DNA of 64,000 nucleotides from Candidatus Bathyarchaeia archaeon (lineage in GTDB: Archaea; Thermoproteota; Bathyarchaeia; Bathyarchaeales; Bathycorpusculaceae), in contig JBEKSS010000006.1 of the NCBI GenBank assembly GCA_049516875.1, forward strand, positions 50,671 to 114,670, in the 5' to 3' direction. Below the pieces are notes generated by a model. It did no database searches. It was not told the DNA's origin and was given only the letters and a program-made list of their open reading frames with translations. Below are positions 39,395 to 49,238 of the stretch, piece after piece. The position numbers and the translations under genes were made by a program. Position 1 is the stretch's first letter, and each line of letters begins with the position of its first letter.

Positions 39395-39581
39395 TTTGAG
39401 TACTCAATCCGTGATTTCTTTGAGTGTCAAAACGTTGTTGAAGCATGTTGTTTCCGTGCTTTTTTTACTCAATTCCGCGAGGTTTTTGAGTGTCAAAAGT
39501 TTCGGCACGCCGAGTTTCTCATGTAGGAGCTGGCGTCCTCATGTTTGAGTACTCGATGCGCGATTTCTTTGAGACTCAAAA
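39395..39581. repeat. Three degenerate ~38-bp palindrome-bearing units between divergent dehydrogenases
   Basis: Units resembling TTTGAGTACTCAATCCGTGATTTCTTTGAGTGTCAAAA ending at 39432, 39498 and 39581. Confidence 0.8.
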
Positions 39582-39939
39582 CTGTTGCATGGGCATGCTG
39601 TGGTGAGGGTGCTTGGCCGTTTCCTATGCCGTTATTCTTGTGCCGTTGTAAGTGTGCGTTGGGTTCTGGGTCGGGCGTTCGCGTCTCTTTGTTTTTCCCT
39701 CATGTGTTTTCTGTGTGCATCAAGGAAGAGTCTGTTCGAGCGCTCTTTTGGGCGGAAGGTTAGCCAGTCGTCGTGCAACGCTGGAGGGCTGGCTCATTTT
39801 CGTGTGGTTGTGCAGTTCTGAAGGCGGGCTTTTTGCGTGTGTGTTTCCTTTGATTCTGGTTTTTGACAGGGGAATGGAGCGGGTGTGGGAGGGAAATCTC
39901 CATATACGTGCGTTTACAGTTTCAACTGCGTGGGTAAGG

Positions 39940-40968
39940 ATGAAGGCTGCGTTGCTTTATGGCGTGAGGGACTTGAGGGTTGAGGATGTCGATGTGCCTG
40001 GGGTTGAGGTCGGAGAGGTTCTTGTCAAGGTCAAGGGAGCTACAACATGCGGGACGGATCTGAAAATCTTTCAGAGGGGCTATGTTGAGAAGATTATAAG
40101 GCTTCCAACGATTTTTGGGCACGAGTGGGCTGGGGAGGTGGTTGAAGTCGGCGAAGGGTTGGAGTGGCCGCGGAAGGGCATGCGCGTCCGCGCGGGCAAC
40201 AGCGCGCCGTGCTTGCATTGTGCGATGTGTCAGAAGGGCAAGTACAATCTCTGTGAAAACATGATTTGGCTTTGGGGAGCGTACGCCGAGTACGTCAAGG
40301 TGTCGGCTCGTATGGTGTTGGTGAACATGCAGGAGATTCCGGAGCACGTTTCCTACTTGGAGGCTGCGGTTACAGAGCCGTTGGCGTGCGTTCTGCACGG
40401 TGTCGAAAAGGCTGGGGTGAAGCTTGGCGACACGGTGGCCATCATAGGGGCGGGGCCAATAGGGCTGCTGCACCTGTTAACCGTCAGAAGAATGGGCGCC
40501 GAAAAAACGATAATGATTGACCTTGTGGATGAGAGGCTGGACGTTGCGGCGAAACTCGGCGCTGATGAGACGATTAACGGTGGAAAGGAGGACGTTGTTG
40601 AAAGAGTTCGACAATTAACTGCTGGGTACGGTGCAGACGTGGTGATAGAGGCTATAGGTTTGCCCGCCACTTGGGAACAGGCCCTGAAGCTTGCGAGGAA
40701 AGGCGGTGTTGTCCTAGAGTTCGGCGGGTGTCCTCCGGGAACCGAAGTCAAAGTCAACGCGGAACAGATTCACTATGGCGAGTTGACAGTGCTGGGCACC
40801 TTTCACACAACCCCCTTGCACTTCAGAAAGGCCCTTAACTTCATAGCCTCCCGAACCGTAGACGTGAGGCCCCTCATAACGCGCGAAATGAGGCTGGAAG
40901 ACATTCACAAAGCGTTCGAGGTGCTCTCAACTTCCAAGAACGAAATAAAGATAGGAATAATCCCTTAA
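39940..40968 (+). CDS. Zn-dependent alcohol/polyol dehydrogenase (MDR)
   Basis: ATG at 39940 (MKAALLYG); CGTD, GHEWAG, CxxCxxC...C, GAGPIG. Confidence 0.92.
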   Translation: MKAALLYGVRDLRVEDVDVPGVEVGEVLVKVKGATTCGTDLKIFQRGYVEKIIRLPTIFGHEWAGEVVEVGEGLEWPRKGMRVRAGNSAPCLHCAMCQKGKYNLCENMIWLWGAYAEYVKVSARMVLVNMQEIPEHVSYLEAAVTEPLACVLHGVEKAGVKLGDTVAIIGAGPIGLLHLLTVRRMGAEKTIMIDLVDERLDVAAKLGADETINGGKEDVVERVRQLTAGYGADVVIEAIGLPATWEQALKLARKGGVVLEFGGCPPGTEVKVNAEQIHYGELTVLGTFHTTPLHFRKALNFIASRTVDVRPLITREMRLEDIHKAFEVLSTSKNEIKIGIIP

Positions 40969-41270
40969 TCCTCAGCATATTACCTTACTTCTTTTCCTCA
41001 GGAATACAAGACCAACACGAATAACCCCACTTTTTGTTCACCTGTCACTTGTCTATTCTATTTTGACTGAGGAAAAACCGATTGATTGGTAGGCACCGAG
41101 TGCGAACTCGGTCGTTTAATTTGATTCAATATTCCTGGGCATGTAATGTAGGCTGGTTCAGCAGAACTGTTGATATGAAGAACAATTGTCGACGTGGATG
41201 ATGATGGAAGATTCTTTCACAAACTTTTTATCGGAACAAGTTGAATTAGATCCTAGCGAAAGGAGTTGAA

Positions 41271-44200
41271 ATGGAAGGGAAACTCGCTTCCATATTACTA
41301 CTGATTTTACTCTTGGTGAGCACCATAGTATTGGCGCATAACGTTCAACCAGTCAAGTCCGATTATGCTTGGACCGAAACCATTTACATACGGGCCGACG
41401 GAAGCATACAACCGTCAACAGCACCGATTTCCAGCGTTGACAACGTGACTTACACGCTAACAGACAACATCACGGGAAACGTTCCAGCCTTTTCCAGCGC
41501 AATCAGCATACAAAGAGACAACATCACAATAGACGGAGCAGACCACACGCTAAAAGGCACAAACGCTTCACACTCTGAAGGAATATACCTGTCGGGAAGA
41601 AGCAACGTAACAATCAAAAACATGAAAATCACGGCGTTCTTTTATGGCATCTATCTCGATTCTTCTTCTAGCAACAGCGTAAGCGGAAACAACATAACAG
41701 CAAACAACGGGACTGGCATCTATCTCTATTCTTCTTCTAATAGTAACAGCGTAAGCGGAAACAACATAACAGCAAACAACGGGTATGGCATCTTGCTCTA
41801 CTATTCTCCAAACAACACTGTTAGTGGGAACAACGCATCAGCAAACAGCCTAGAAGGCATCTATCTCAGCCTTTCTTCAAACAACACTGTTAGCGGGAAC
41901 ACTGCAATAGCGAACGAAGCTGGCATCATGCTTTACTCTTCAAGCAACAACATAATTAGTGCGAACAACGCAATGGCAAACGTCTATCAGGGCATTGAGG
42001 TTGACTCTTCTTCAAACAACACTTTGATCGGGAACAACGCATCAACAAACAGCCAATATGGCATCTTGTTCGACTCTTCTTCAAACAACACCATATACCA
42101 CAACAATTTCATGAACAACACTTATCAGGTCAGTATTTACAACTCGACGGATACTTGGGATAATGGCTATCCTTCCGGAGGGAATTACTGGAGTGACTAC
42201 AACGGGACAGACTTGCATGGAGGGCCACACCAGAATGAGACGGGCAGCGACGGGATAGGAGACACACCCTATTCCATAGACGTGGAAAACAAAGACAACT
42301 ATCCACTCATGCAACCATGGAGCCCACACTACACACGGTATTCATGGCCCACGTTCCATCACGATGAAAGTCACTCGGGCTACAGCGAAAGCCCTGCGCC
42401 AGGAACAAACAACAAGCTGTGGAACTACACGACAGGCAACGGAGTGGATTCTTCTCCTGCAGTTGTTGGTGGTAGGGTTTATGTGGGCTCGGGCGATTAT
42501 AAGGTTTATTGTCTTGATGCTTCAACGGGAGCACAGGTGTGGAACTACACAACGGGTAGCGCGGTGTATTCTTCTCCTGCAGTCGCTGATGGTAGGGTCT
42601 ACGTGGGCTCGGACGATTATAAGGTTTATTGTCTTGATGCTTCAACGGGAGCACAGGTGTGGAACTACACAACAGGTAACTATGTGGGTTCTTCCCCTGC
42701 AGTTTCTGATGGTAGGGTTTATGTGGGCTCGTACGATGGCAGGGTTTATTGTCTTGACGCTTCAACGGGAGCACAGGTATGGAACTACGTGACAAGCGGC
42801 GTGGTGGATTCTTCTCCTGCAGTTGTTGGTGGTAGGGTTTATGTGGGCTCGTACGATGGCAGGGTTTATTGTCTTGATGCTTCAACCGGAGCACAGGTGT
42901 GGAACTACACAACAGGTAACTATGTGGGTTCTTCCCCAGCAGTTGTTGGCGGTAGGGTCTACGTGGGTTCATGGGATAACAGGGTTTATTGTCTTGATGC
43001 TTCAACGGGAGCACAGGTGTGGAACTACACAACGGGTAGCGCGGTGTATTCTTCTCCTGCAGTCGCTGATGGTAGGGTCTACGTGGGCTCGGGCGATTAT
43101 AAGGTTTATTGTCTTGATGCTTCAACGGGAGCACAGGTATGGAACTACACAACGGGCAACATTTTGGCTTCTGCTCCTGCAGTTGCTGGTGGTAGAGTTT
43201 GTGTGAGCTCGTACGATGGCAGGGTTTATTGTCTTGATGCTTCAACGGGAGCACAGGTGTGGAACTACACAACAGGCAACTATGTGTTTTCTTCCCCTGC
43301 TGTTGCTGATGGCGTGCTTTACGTCGGCTCTGGAGATGGTTCTGTGTATGCGTTTGGGAAAGTTCTTAGGGTTCCAGAAGATTATGCCACGATACAGGCT
43401 GCGATAAATGCAGCTACTCCAGGAGCCACGGTATGGATTGCCCCGGGCGTCTACCACGAGTCCCTGGTGATCAACAAGACGATAACGCTCATCGGCAAGC
43501 CTGGAAGTGAACCAATCTTCAATGGCGGCGGAAGCGGAATCGCCATAACAATAGTTTCCAGCGGCTCTGGATCAACCATTGCCGGGATAACGATAACCAG
43601 TTGGGATCAAGGTATACTCGTTGACGGCGCGAACGGCTGCAAAATCTACGATAACATAATGTCCCTTATCAACAACAACGGCGTCGTCCTTCAAGGAACC
43701 GGCGCCGTCAGCAACCAGGTTTGCGGCAACATGTTCGAACAAGACGCCGTTGCCATCGATGTGACCTCTTCGTCAAGCAGCAACGTCATTTCGCAGAACA
43801 TCATCAGCCTCAGCTCCATAGGTCTACGAATAGAGACGAGTGGAAACACGATATGTGAAAACATGATATCCGAGAACCAGCTGGGAATCAACATCGTGAA
43901 CTCCAACAACAACGCCATCTACCACAACAACTTCATGGACAACACCATCGCCTTCCAGCTGTCCAATTCAACGTCACCCGGCAACAGCTGGGACAACGGC
44001 TATCCCTCAGGCGGAAACTATTGGAGCACGTGGACTGGCCCAGACAAGAACAGTGGCCCAGACCAGAACATTCTGGGCGTCAGCGACGGCATAGTCGACA
44101 CGCCATACACTGTTGCCGTCAACAACAAGGACAACTATCCACTCGCAAAACCGTTCCAACTGCACAACGTCGGCATCGCCACCGTAACCTTGGGCAAGAC

Positions 44201-44681
44201 CGTCGTCGGCAGAGGCTACTGCTGCAACATCACCCTGATAATCGTGGACTACGGCTTGTGCGGTGAAACCTTCAACATGGCAATCTGGGTCAGCCAGTTA
44301 AGGATTGACCTGCAACCAGTTGTTCTGGCGGACAGGAGCTCCACCGAGATCAACTTCACCTGGGACACTACAGGCTTTCTCTACGGCAACTACACCGTCG
44401 CCTGTGTGGCAGACGTTGTTCCAGACGAAACCCTGACCGCGGACAATGACTACGTGTTCAATGTTCCAGTCCACGTGGGCGTTCCGGGCGACGTTTCTGG
44501 CACGACTCCTGGAGTGTACGACGGAATCACGAACATGAAGGACATAGCCTACTTGGTCAGCGTGTTCAACACTAAGCCGAGTTCGCCGAACTGGCAGCCC
44601 AACGCGGACGTAAATAACGATGGCCTCGCCAACATGAAGGACATAGCAGTAGCCGTCTACTACTTCAACCAACACGAATAA
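41271..44681 (+). CDS. Large secreted surface protein: NosD/CASH beta-helix, PQQ-type beta-propeller, second beta-helix, Ig-like and dockerin-like domains
   Basis: Signal peptide; N-rich GIxL...NNxISGN repeats; WDNGYPSGGNYWS twice; eight WNYxT...SSPAV.GRVYVGS repeats; duplicated DG..NMKDIA EF-hand-like tail. Confidence 0.9.
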   Translation: MEGKLASILLLILLLVSTIVLAHNVQPVKSDYAWTETIYIRADGSIQPSTAPISSVDNVTYTLTDNITGNVPAFSSAISIQRDNITIDGADHTLKGTNASHSEGIYLSGRSNVTIKNMKITAFFYGIYLDSSSSNSVSGNNITANNGTGIYLYSSSNSNSVSGNNITANNGYGILLYYSPNNTVSGNNASANSLEGIYLSLSSNNTVSGNTAIANEAGIMLYSSSNNIISANNAMANVYQGIEVDSSSNNTLIGNNASTNSQYGILFDSSSNNTIYHNNFMNNTYQVSIYNSTDTWDNGYPSGGNYWSDYNGTDLHGGPHQNETGSDGIGDTPYSIDVENKDNYPLMQPWSPHYTRYSWPTFHHDESHSGYSESPAPGTNNKLWNYTTGNGVDSSPAVVGGRVYVGSGDYKVYCLDASTGAQVWNYTTGSAVYSSPAVADGRVYVGSDDYKVYCLDASTGAQVWNYTTGNYVGSSPAVSDGRVYVGSYDGRVYCLDASTGAQVWNYVTSGVVDSSPAVVGGRVYVGSYDGRVYCLDASTGAQVWNYTTGNYVGSSPAVVGGRVYVGSWDNRVYCLDASTGAQVWNYTTGSAVYSSPAVADGRVYVGSGDYKVYCLDASTGAQVWNYTTGNILASAPAVAGGRVCVSSYDGRVYCLDASTGAQVWNYTTGNYVFSSPAVADGVLYVGSGDGSVYAFGKVLRVPEDYATIQAAINAATPGATVWIAPGVYHESLVINKTITLIGKPGSEPIFNGGGSGIAITIVSSGSGSTIAGITITSWDQGILVDGANGCKIYDNIMSLINNNGVVLQGTGAVSNQVCGNMFEQDAVAIDVTSSSSSNVISQNIISLSSIGLRIETSGNTICENMISENQLGINIVNSNNNAIYHNNFMDNTIAFQLSNSTSPGNSWDNGYPSGGNYWSTWTGPDKNSGPDQNILGVSDGIVDTPYTVAVNNKDNYPLAKPFQLHNVGIATVTLGKTVVGRGYCCNITLIIVDYGLCGETFNMAIWVSQLRIDLQPVVLADRSSTEINFTWDTTGFLYGNYTVACVADVVPDETLTADNDYVFNVPVHVGVPGDVSGTTPGVYDGITNMKDIAYLVSVFNTKPSSPNWQPNADVNNDGLANMKDIAVAVYYFNQHE
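42420..43360 (+). repeat. 120-bp intragenic tandem repeat, 8 units
   Basis: TGGAACTAC recurs at 42420, 42540, ... 43260 with near-identical DNA. Confidence 0.97.
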
Positions 44682-45129
44682 CCCCCTTTTTGCTCATCTG
44701 TCACTTCTCTATTCTGTCCCGATAGCAAAGGCATTCTTAACTAATGTCAACACGCTCTAGGATTTTGACGCAGAAAAAAGGGGTTTGTGCGGGAGATGCC
44801 GGGTGGCGAAAGTTGAGATAGGAATAATCCCTTAATCTGCGGCGTGAACACTTCGCTTTTTCCAGTGCTTCATTCTTTCTGTTGCGCTCCCAAAGAATAG
44901 ACTTCAGCTATGAATTATAGATTCATAATTCTTTTCTAGCATGAACTTCCTGATATACAACAAGTGAGAAAATGAAAGTGCATGGATACAATCGATCCAA
45001 ACCAGGCGGAAAACATAAGATAGTTCATGTAAAGGGTTACGTGAGAAGAAAGTAGAGCAGCTTGCTTCTTGCTATGTCTTACACGGCCCCCTTATTTCTG
45101 AACGAAAAAGCCCTATAGCGAACGCTATA

Positions 45130-45900
45130 TCAAACCTGTTCCTTCGGCACTTCGCTTGGCTCATGTCCAGAGACATAATGCAATCCATATTCCTTGATGC
45201 GTCTGACTACGTGAGGGTACAAAATCAACTCTTCAATCTCCAACTGTTCTGCCATATCTGAACGTATTTGTTTGAGCTTTACCTTTAAGTCTCGCAAGTT
45301 TTCCTCGCTTGAAAAGGATACCATCACAGATGGGTGGCACTTGACGCCTGCTTCTGCGAGGTTCTTGAGTGATCTCAGCTGCAACTCGAAGCCCTCTGGT
45401 TTTGCACCCGTAAGCAAAGAGAACTCCTGCTCGTTGCATCCTTTCAACGATACTCTTGCGTGAATGAAATCGTATTCGGCAAGATCTCTCGCATAGTCTT
45501 CGTCGTATCCAAGTGGTATGCCGTTCGTTTCTAGGATAAATGAAAGCCCCTTGTTTCTTAGCAGATCCAAGAGCTGAAGCAAGTGAGCCTTTCCAATTGT
45601 AGGTTCCCCACCGCTGACTCTCAGTTGTCTGAAGCCGCGTTTTCTCGCCAAAGCAGTCAGATTGTCTACTACCTGTTCAGGCGTGTAGAATCTTCCGATG
45701 TCAGCCGGACGAAGCATAACAGAGTCTCTAACCCAGCAAAACCTGCACAGCAATCCACAGCCTGCACAATCTGCCGTGACTATTCCACCGTACCATCTTG
45801 CTGGCCTAAACCGATAATATTTTTTCTCTTGTCCCTCAGGGCCAAGTCTAGTGACTAGTTTCTCAATTGCCAGATGTCTTTGAATGGAATCATACGACAC
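45130..45900 (-). CDS. Radical SAM protein
   Basis: CAGCGLLCRFCW (CxxxCxxC), SGGEPT, ETNG. Confidence 0.9.
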   Translation of the reverse strand: MSYDSIQRHLAIEKLVTRLGPEGQEKKYYRFRPARWYGGIVTADCAGCGLLCRFCWVRDSVMLRPADIGRFYTPEQVVDNLTALARKRGFRQLRVSGGEPTIGKAHLLQLLDLLRNKGLSFILETNGIPLGYDEDYARDLAEYDFIHARVSLKGCNEQEFSLLTGAKPEGFELQLRSLKNLAEAGVKCHPSVMVSFSSEENLRDLKVKLKQIRSDMAEQLEIEELILYPHVVRRIKEYGLHYVSGHEPSEVPKEQV

Positions 45901-46013
45901 CTTCAGTCACCAGCCTAACTGTCTTCAAGAAGTCGCGCCATTTATAATGCTTACATAATATGTCAAAAGAACTCAATTTTGGCTTCTTCTCGTCGACTGT
46001 TCCATAGAGCGGG

Positions 46014-46133
46014 CTACATGGCAACGTAGGCCTTGACTTTCGGCTCTGAAGTCGGCTATTCAACAATAACTTTGTTCACTGGCACACTGTTTCGGCAGCC
46101 GCATCCAGGACATTTCATTTTAAGACTCGTCAT
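46014..46133 (-). pseudogene. Interrupted small Zn-ribbon gene
   Basis: MTSLKMKCPGCGCRNSVPVNKVIVE*PTSEPKVKAYVAM* with in-frame TAG at codon 26. Confidence 0.4.
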
Positions 46134-46312
46134 GGAAAACTGCACTCGGCTTGTTCTTGCCTTCATAGCGCGCTTTCAAGTCTCATAGGCACAAGAGAAG
46201 ACCTAGAAACCCCCGACCGTTCCTTAGGGCCCCGATTAGAGAGAATTTCGTGCATGCCGTAGACAACGAGTTTTTATAAGGATACCTTGATGATATTCTA
46301 GAGAAGGGCCTT

Positions 46313-46711
46313 ATGTCTGAAGTTGAAGGCTACATTCTCAGAATTGCCACCAAACAGTGGGTCAATCAAGTCTTCAGCATGGCGATTTACTACACGAACT
46401 TGCGCAGGAAGTGGAAGACTGGGCAAACCATACTGTTCGTTCACAAAACCAACGTAGGCGACGCGTTGGTAGGTTATGGCATAATAGAGAAAGCTTGCGA
46501 GAAAGATGAGCTTTCTGAACAAGACAAGCATGAGTGTGAGAGAGGCGGCTGGAAAAGAGCCATCGAATTCAGGTATGTGAAACAATTTGATAAACCGCTA
46601 GCTGTCAAGGACACGTTTCTGAAAGGCTCAAAACTTCGAGGAAGATATTTTCACGGTTTGAAACTAGACAAGAACCAGCTAGAGGCTATCTTGGCTCAAG
46701 CTAAAGCCTGA
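46313..46711 (+). CDS. EVE/PUA-like domain protein
   Basis: WKTGQTILFVHKT..GDALVGYGII...AIEF..VKQFDKPL resembles the EVE fold pattern. Confidence 0.55.
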   Translation: MSEVEGYILRIATKQWVNQVFSMAIYYTNLRRKWKTGQTILFVHKTNVGDALVGYGIIEKACEKDELSEQDKHECERGGWKRAIEFRYVKQFDKPLAVKDTFLKGSKLRGRYFHGLKLDKNQLEAILAQAKA

Positions 46712-46927
46712 CCGTGGTAACCTGAACATTATTGTCGACAAGGACACGGCCAATTTGTTCATATGACGCTCGATATTCGCAAGGAGCATGGAAAGACCAT
46801 AGAGGGAACTATCACCGAATGCGAGTTCACAATTCGCGTCGGCAGCTAAACCTGTTGCGTCGAGATCGGCAAAAGAATTTAAATGCCGATTGTGGCTTTA
46901 TGGTTCTGTCATTGCAGGGGAAGATGC

Positions 46928-48577
46928 GTGGTTAAGTACGTTTTTGTCACTGGCGGAGTTCTGAGTTCGGTGGGCAAGGGGATTTTGACTTCTTCGATTG
47001 GCAAAATGCTTCAGGCAAGAGGCCTGAAAGTTACCGTCATAAAAATTGATCCTTACGTGAACGTTGACGCTGGAACGATGAATCCGTACATGCACGGCGA
47101 AGTGTACGTGACTGATGACGGCGGTGAAACAGACTTAGACTTGGGCTGGTATGAACGTTTTCTTGATTTGGACTTGCGGAAAGAAAACAACATCACCACG
47201 GGCTTGATCTACAAGGCGGTCATCGAGAAGGAGAGGCGCGGAGATTTTCTTGGAAGATGTGTGCAGATTGTTCCGCACGTGACTAACGAGATAAAGCATC
47301 GCATACACACCGTTGCCAAAGACTCATGCGCTGACGTGGTTTTGACAGAGGTCGGCGGCACCGTCGGAGACATTGAAGGACTGCCCTTCCTCGAAGCGAT
47401 TCGCCAGATGCGATTGGAAGAGGGCATGGAAAACACGTTGTACGTGCACGTGGCTCTTGTGCCCATCCTGGACGTCACACAAGAAATGAAAACGAAGCCC
47501 CTCCAACACAGCGTCAACGAACTGCGACGCATCGGCATACAGCCGGACACTATCGTTGCAAGAAGTCCAGAGATGATAGACGCTGAAGCTCTGAGAAAAA
47601 TAGCCCTGTTCGGGACGATACCCGAGAGCGCGGTTTTCTGCTCCTACAACGTTGAATCAGTCTACAAGGTTCCCCTAATCTTGGACGAGCAAGGAATGGG
47701 TGACTTTGTCTGCAAAAGATTCGGGTTCTCAGAAGCCAAGAAAGACTTCAAAGAATGGAAAGAGTTCGTTGACGCCGTCTTGAAACCGGAGTACGAAGTG
47801 AAAATCGCCTTAGTCGGCAAGTACGCTGGGCTAACTGACAGCTACGTCAGCATGGGCGAGGCTTTGCGACACGCAGGAGCTGCATGCAGAGCGCGAGTCT
47901 GCATCAGTTACCTTGAAGCTGAGAAGCTTGAACAGAATCCTAAATGTGCGGAGATGCTGAATGGGTTTGACGGCATTTTCGTACCTTACGGTTTCGGTCC
48001 CCGAGGCACTGAAGGAAAAGTAATGGCCATAAAGTTTGCCAGAGAGAGCGACACTCCCTTTCTGGGAATATGCTACGGTTTTCAGCTCGCCGTGATAGAA
48101 TTCGCTCGGCACGTCTGCAATTTGAAGGAGGCAAACAGTACAGAAATCAACCCGGACTCGCCCAACCCCGTGATTGATTTGATGCCTGAACAACGTGGGA
48201 TAGAAATCAAAGGAGCCACCATGCGACTGGGAGCTCATAAAATAATCGTGGAGCCCGGCACCTTGGGCCACAGGCTCTATGGGAACGGGGAGATTTACGA
48301 ACGTCACCGTCACAGGTTTGAGGTTAACCTTGACTACTCGGAAACGCTGAGAAAAAACGGTTTGGTCTTCTCAGGGAAGAGCACTGATGGCAGAAGGATG
48401 GAACTTCTAGAGCTGCCTGATCACTTCTTCTTTTTCGCTTCACAGTTTCACGGAGAATTCAAAAGCCGACCAGGAAGACCCGACCCAGAATACTACGGTT
48501 TCATAAAAGCTTGTTTAGACAAAAAGCAGGGCAAAACCAAACCCCGGCTTGGTCAAGAGATAAAGTTGCCTGCTTAG
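46928..48577 (+). CDS. pyrG: CTP synthase
   Basis: KYVFVTGGVLSSVGKG, DPYVNVDAGTM, KTKPLQHSV, GICYGFQ, RHRHRFE, QFHGEF. Confidence 0.97.
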   Translation: MVKYVFVTGGVLSSVGKGILTSSIGKMLQARGLKVTVIKIDPYVNVDAGTMNPYMHGEVYVTDDGGETDLDLGWYERFLDLDLRKENNITTGLIYKAVIEKERRGDFLGRCVQIVPHVTNEIKHRIHTVAKDSCADVVLTEVGGTVGDIEGLPFLEAIRQMRLEEGMENTLYVHVALVPILDVTQEMKTKPLQHSVNELRRIGIQPDTIVARSPEMIDAEALRKIALFGTIPESAVFCSYNVESVYKVPLILDEQGMGDFVCKRFGFSEAKKDFKEWKEFVDAVLKPEYEVKIALVGKYAGLTDSYVSMGEALRHAGAACRARVCISYLEAEKLEQNPKCAEMLNGFDGIFVPYGFGPRGTEGKVMAIKFARESDTPFLGICYGFQLAVIEFARHVCNLKEANSTEINPDSPNPVIDLMPEQRGIEIKGATMRLGAHKIIVEPGTLGHRLYGNGEIYERHRHRFEVNLDYSETLRKNGLVFSGKSTDGRRMELLELPDHFFFFASQFHGEFKSRPGRPDPEYYGFIKACLDKKQGKTKPRLGQEIKLPA

Positions 48578-48605
48578 GCACAGAAATATGGAAAGCACAT
48601 TGCTG

Positions 48606-49040
48606 TCAAGGGTTTGGAAAAAGCTTACTGTGTTCCTGCATCATGCACCGGTTCATAACCATTATTATGCCCGCTTGTCTCGCCGTTTCTGCCGCTTGTT
48701 CATTGATTATATCAAGTTGCATCCAGACTACATAGGGCTTATCGTAACGTTCCTTCAACTTGACGGCCTGCTCGACTATGGCAGGCGTGTCTGCTGAGGG
48801 TCTGAAAATGTCGACAATCTCGATGGTTCTCTGAACTTCAGCTGGCATTTCCAACAGGCTCTTGTAACACTTTTCCCCCAGAACCTCGTCCGTCGTGGGG
48901 TTCACCGGTACGATACGGAAGCCTTGCCCTTGTAAGTACTTGGCGACACGGTGGCTGTCTTTGGAAGGGTCGCGGGATACTCCCACAACCGCGACAGTTC
49001 TGTATTTAGTAAGGATTTCTTTCACATCGTCCTTGACCAA
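48606..49040 (-). CDS. CoA-binding protein (YccU-like)
   Basis: VAVVGVSRDPSKDS, VPVNP, VDIFRPS, VWMQ, MNRCMMQEH. Confidence 0.9.
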   Translation of the reverse strand: MVKDDVKEILTKYRTVAVVGVSRDPSKDSHRVAKYLQGQGFRIVPVNPTTDEVLGEKCYKSLLEMPAEVQRTIEIVDIFRPSADTPAIVEQAVKLKERYDKPYVVWMQLDIINEQAAETARQAGIIMVMNRCMMQEHSKLFPNP

Positions 49041-49238
49041 GCTTCTAACCCCTAGGAACTCTGAAAAGTTGTTTCCTGTACTTAAGGCATTCAGTTCTTC
49101 CGCGAAGGATAGGGTATTCTTCCCTGCTCTCTAGTGCAACATCCGCTATCTCATTTTCTTTTGTATAGGAAGATGCCTAGACAGCATTTATGGTATGAAT
49201 AGCGCGTCCGCCTTTCAATGACAGCATGCACAAGCTCA

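Noticed and set aside
39395-39581. CRISPR array
   Set aside because: Only three degenerate units with unequal spacing, no leader and no adjacent cas operon; kept as a generic repeat
39652-39939. N-terminal extension of the second dehydrogenase
   Set aside because: G/T-rich low-complexity sequence; the family-typical start MKAA is at 39940
42307-43272. 321-aa minus-strand ORF
   Set aside because: Shadow frame kept open by the tandem repeat of the plus-strand gene
42420-43360. CRISPR array or DGR template
   Set aside because: In-frame 120-bp coding repeats; differences are not adenine-restricted and no reverse transcriptase is in the window
46056-46058. Pyrrolysine read-through of an in-frame TAG
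   Set aside because: A second TAG follows 14 codons later, TAG is a common true stop in this window and no pyl genes are visible; decay is simpler
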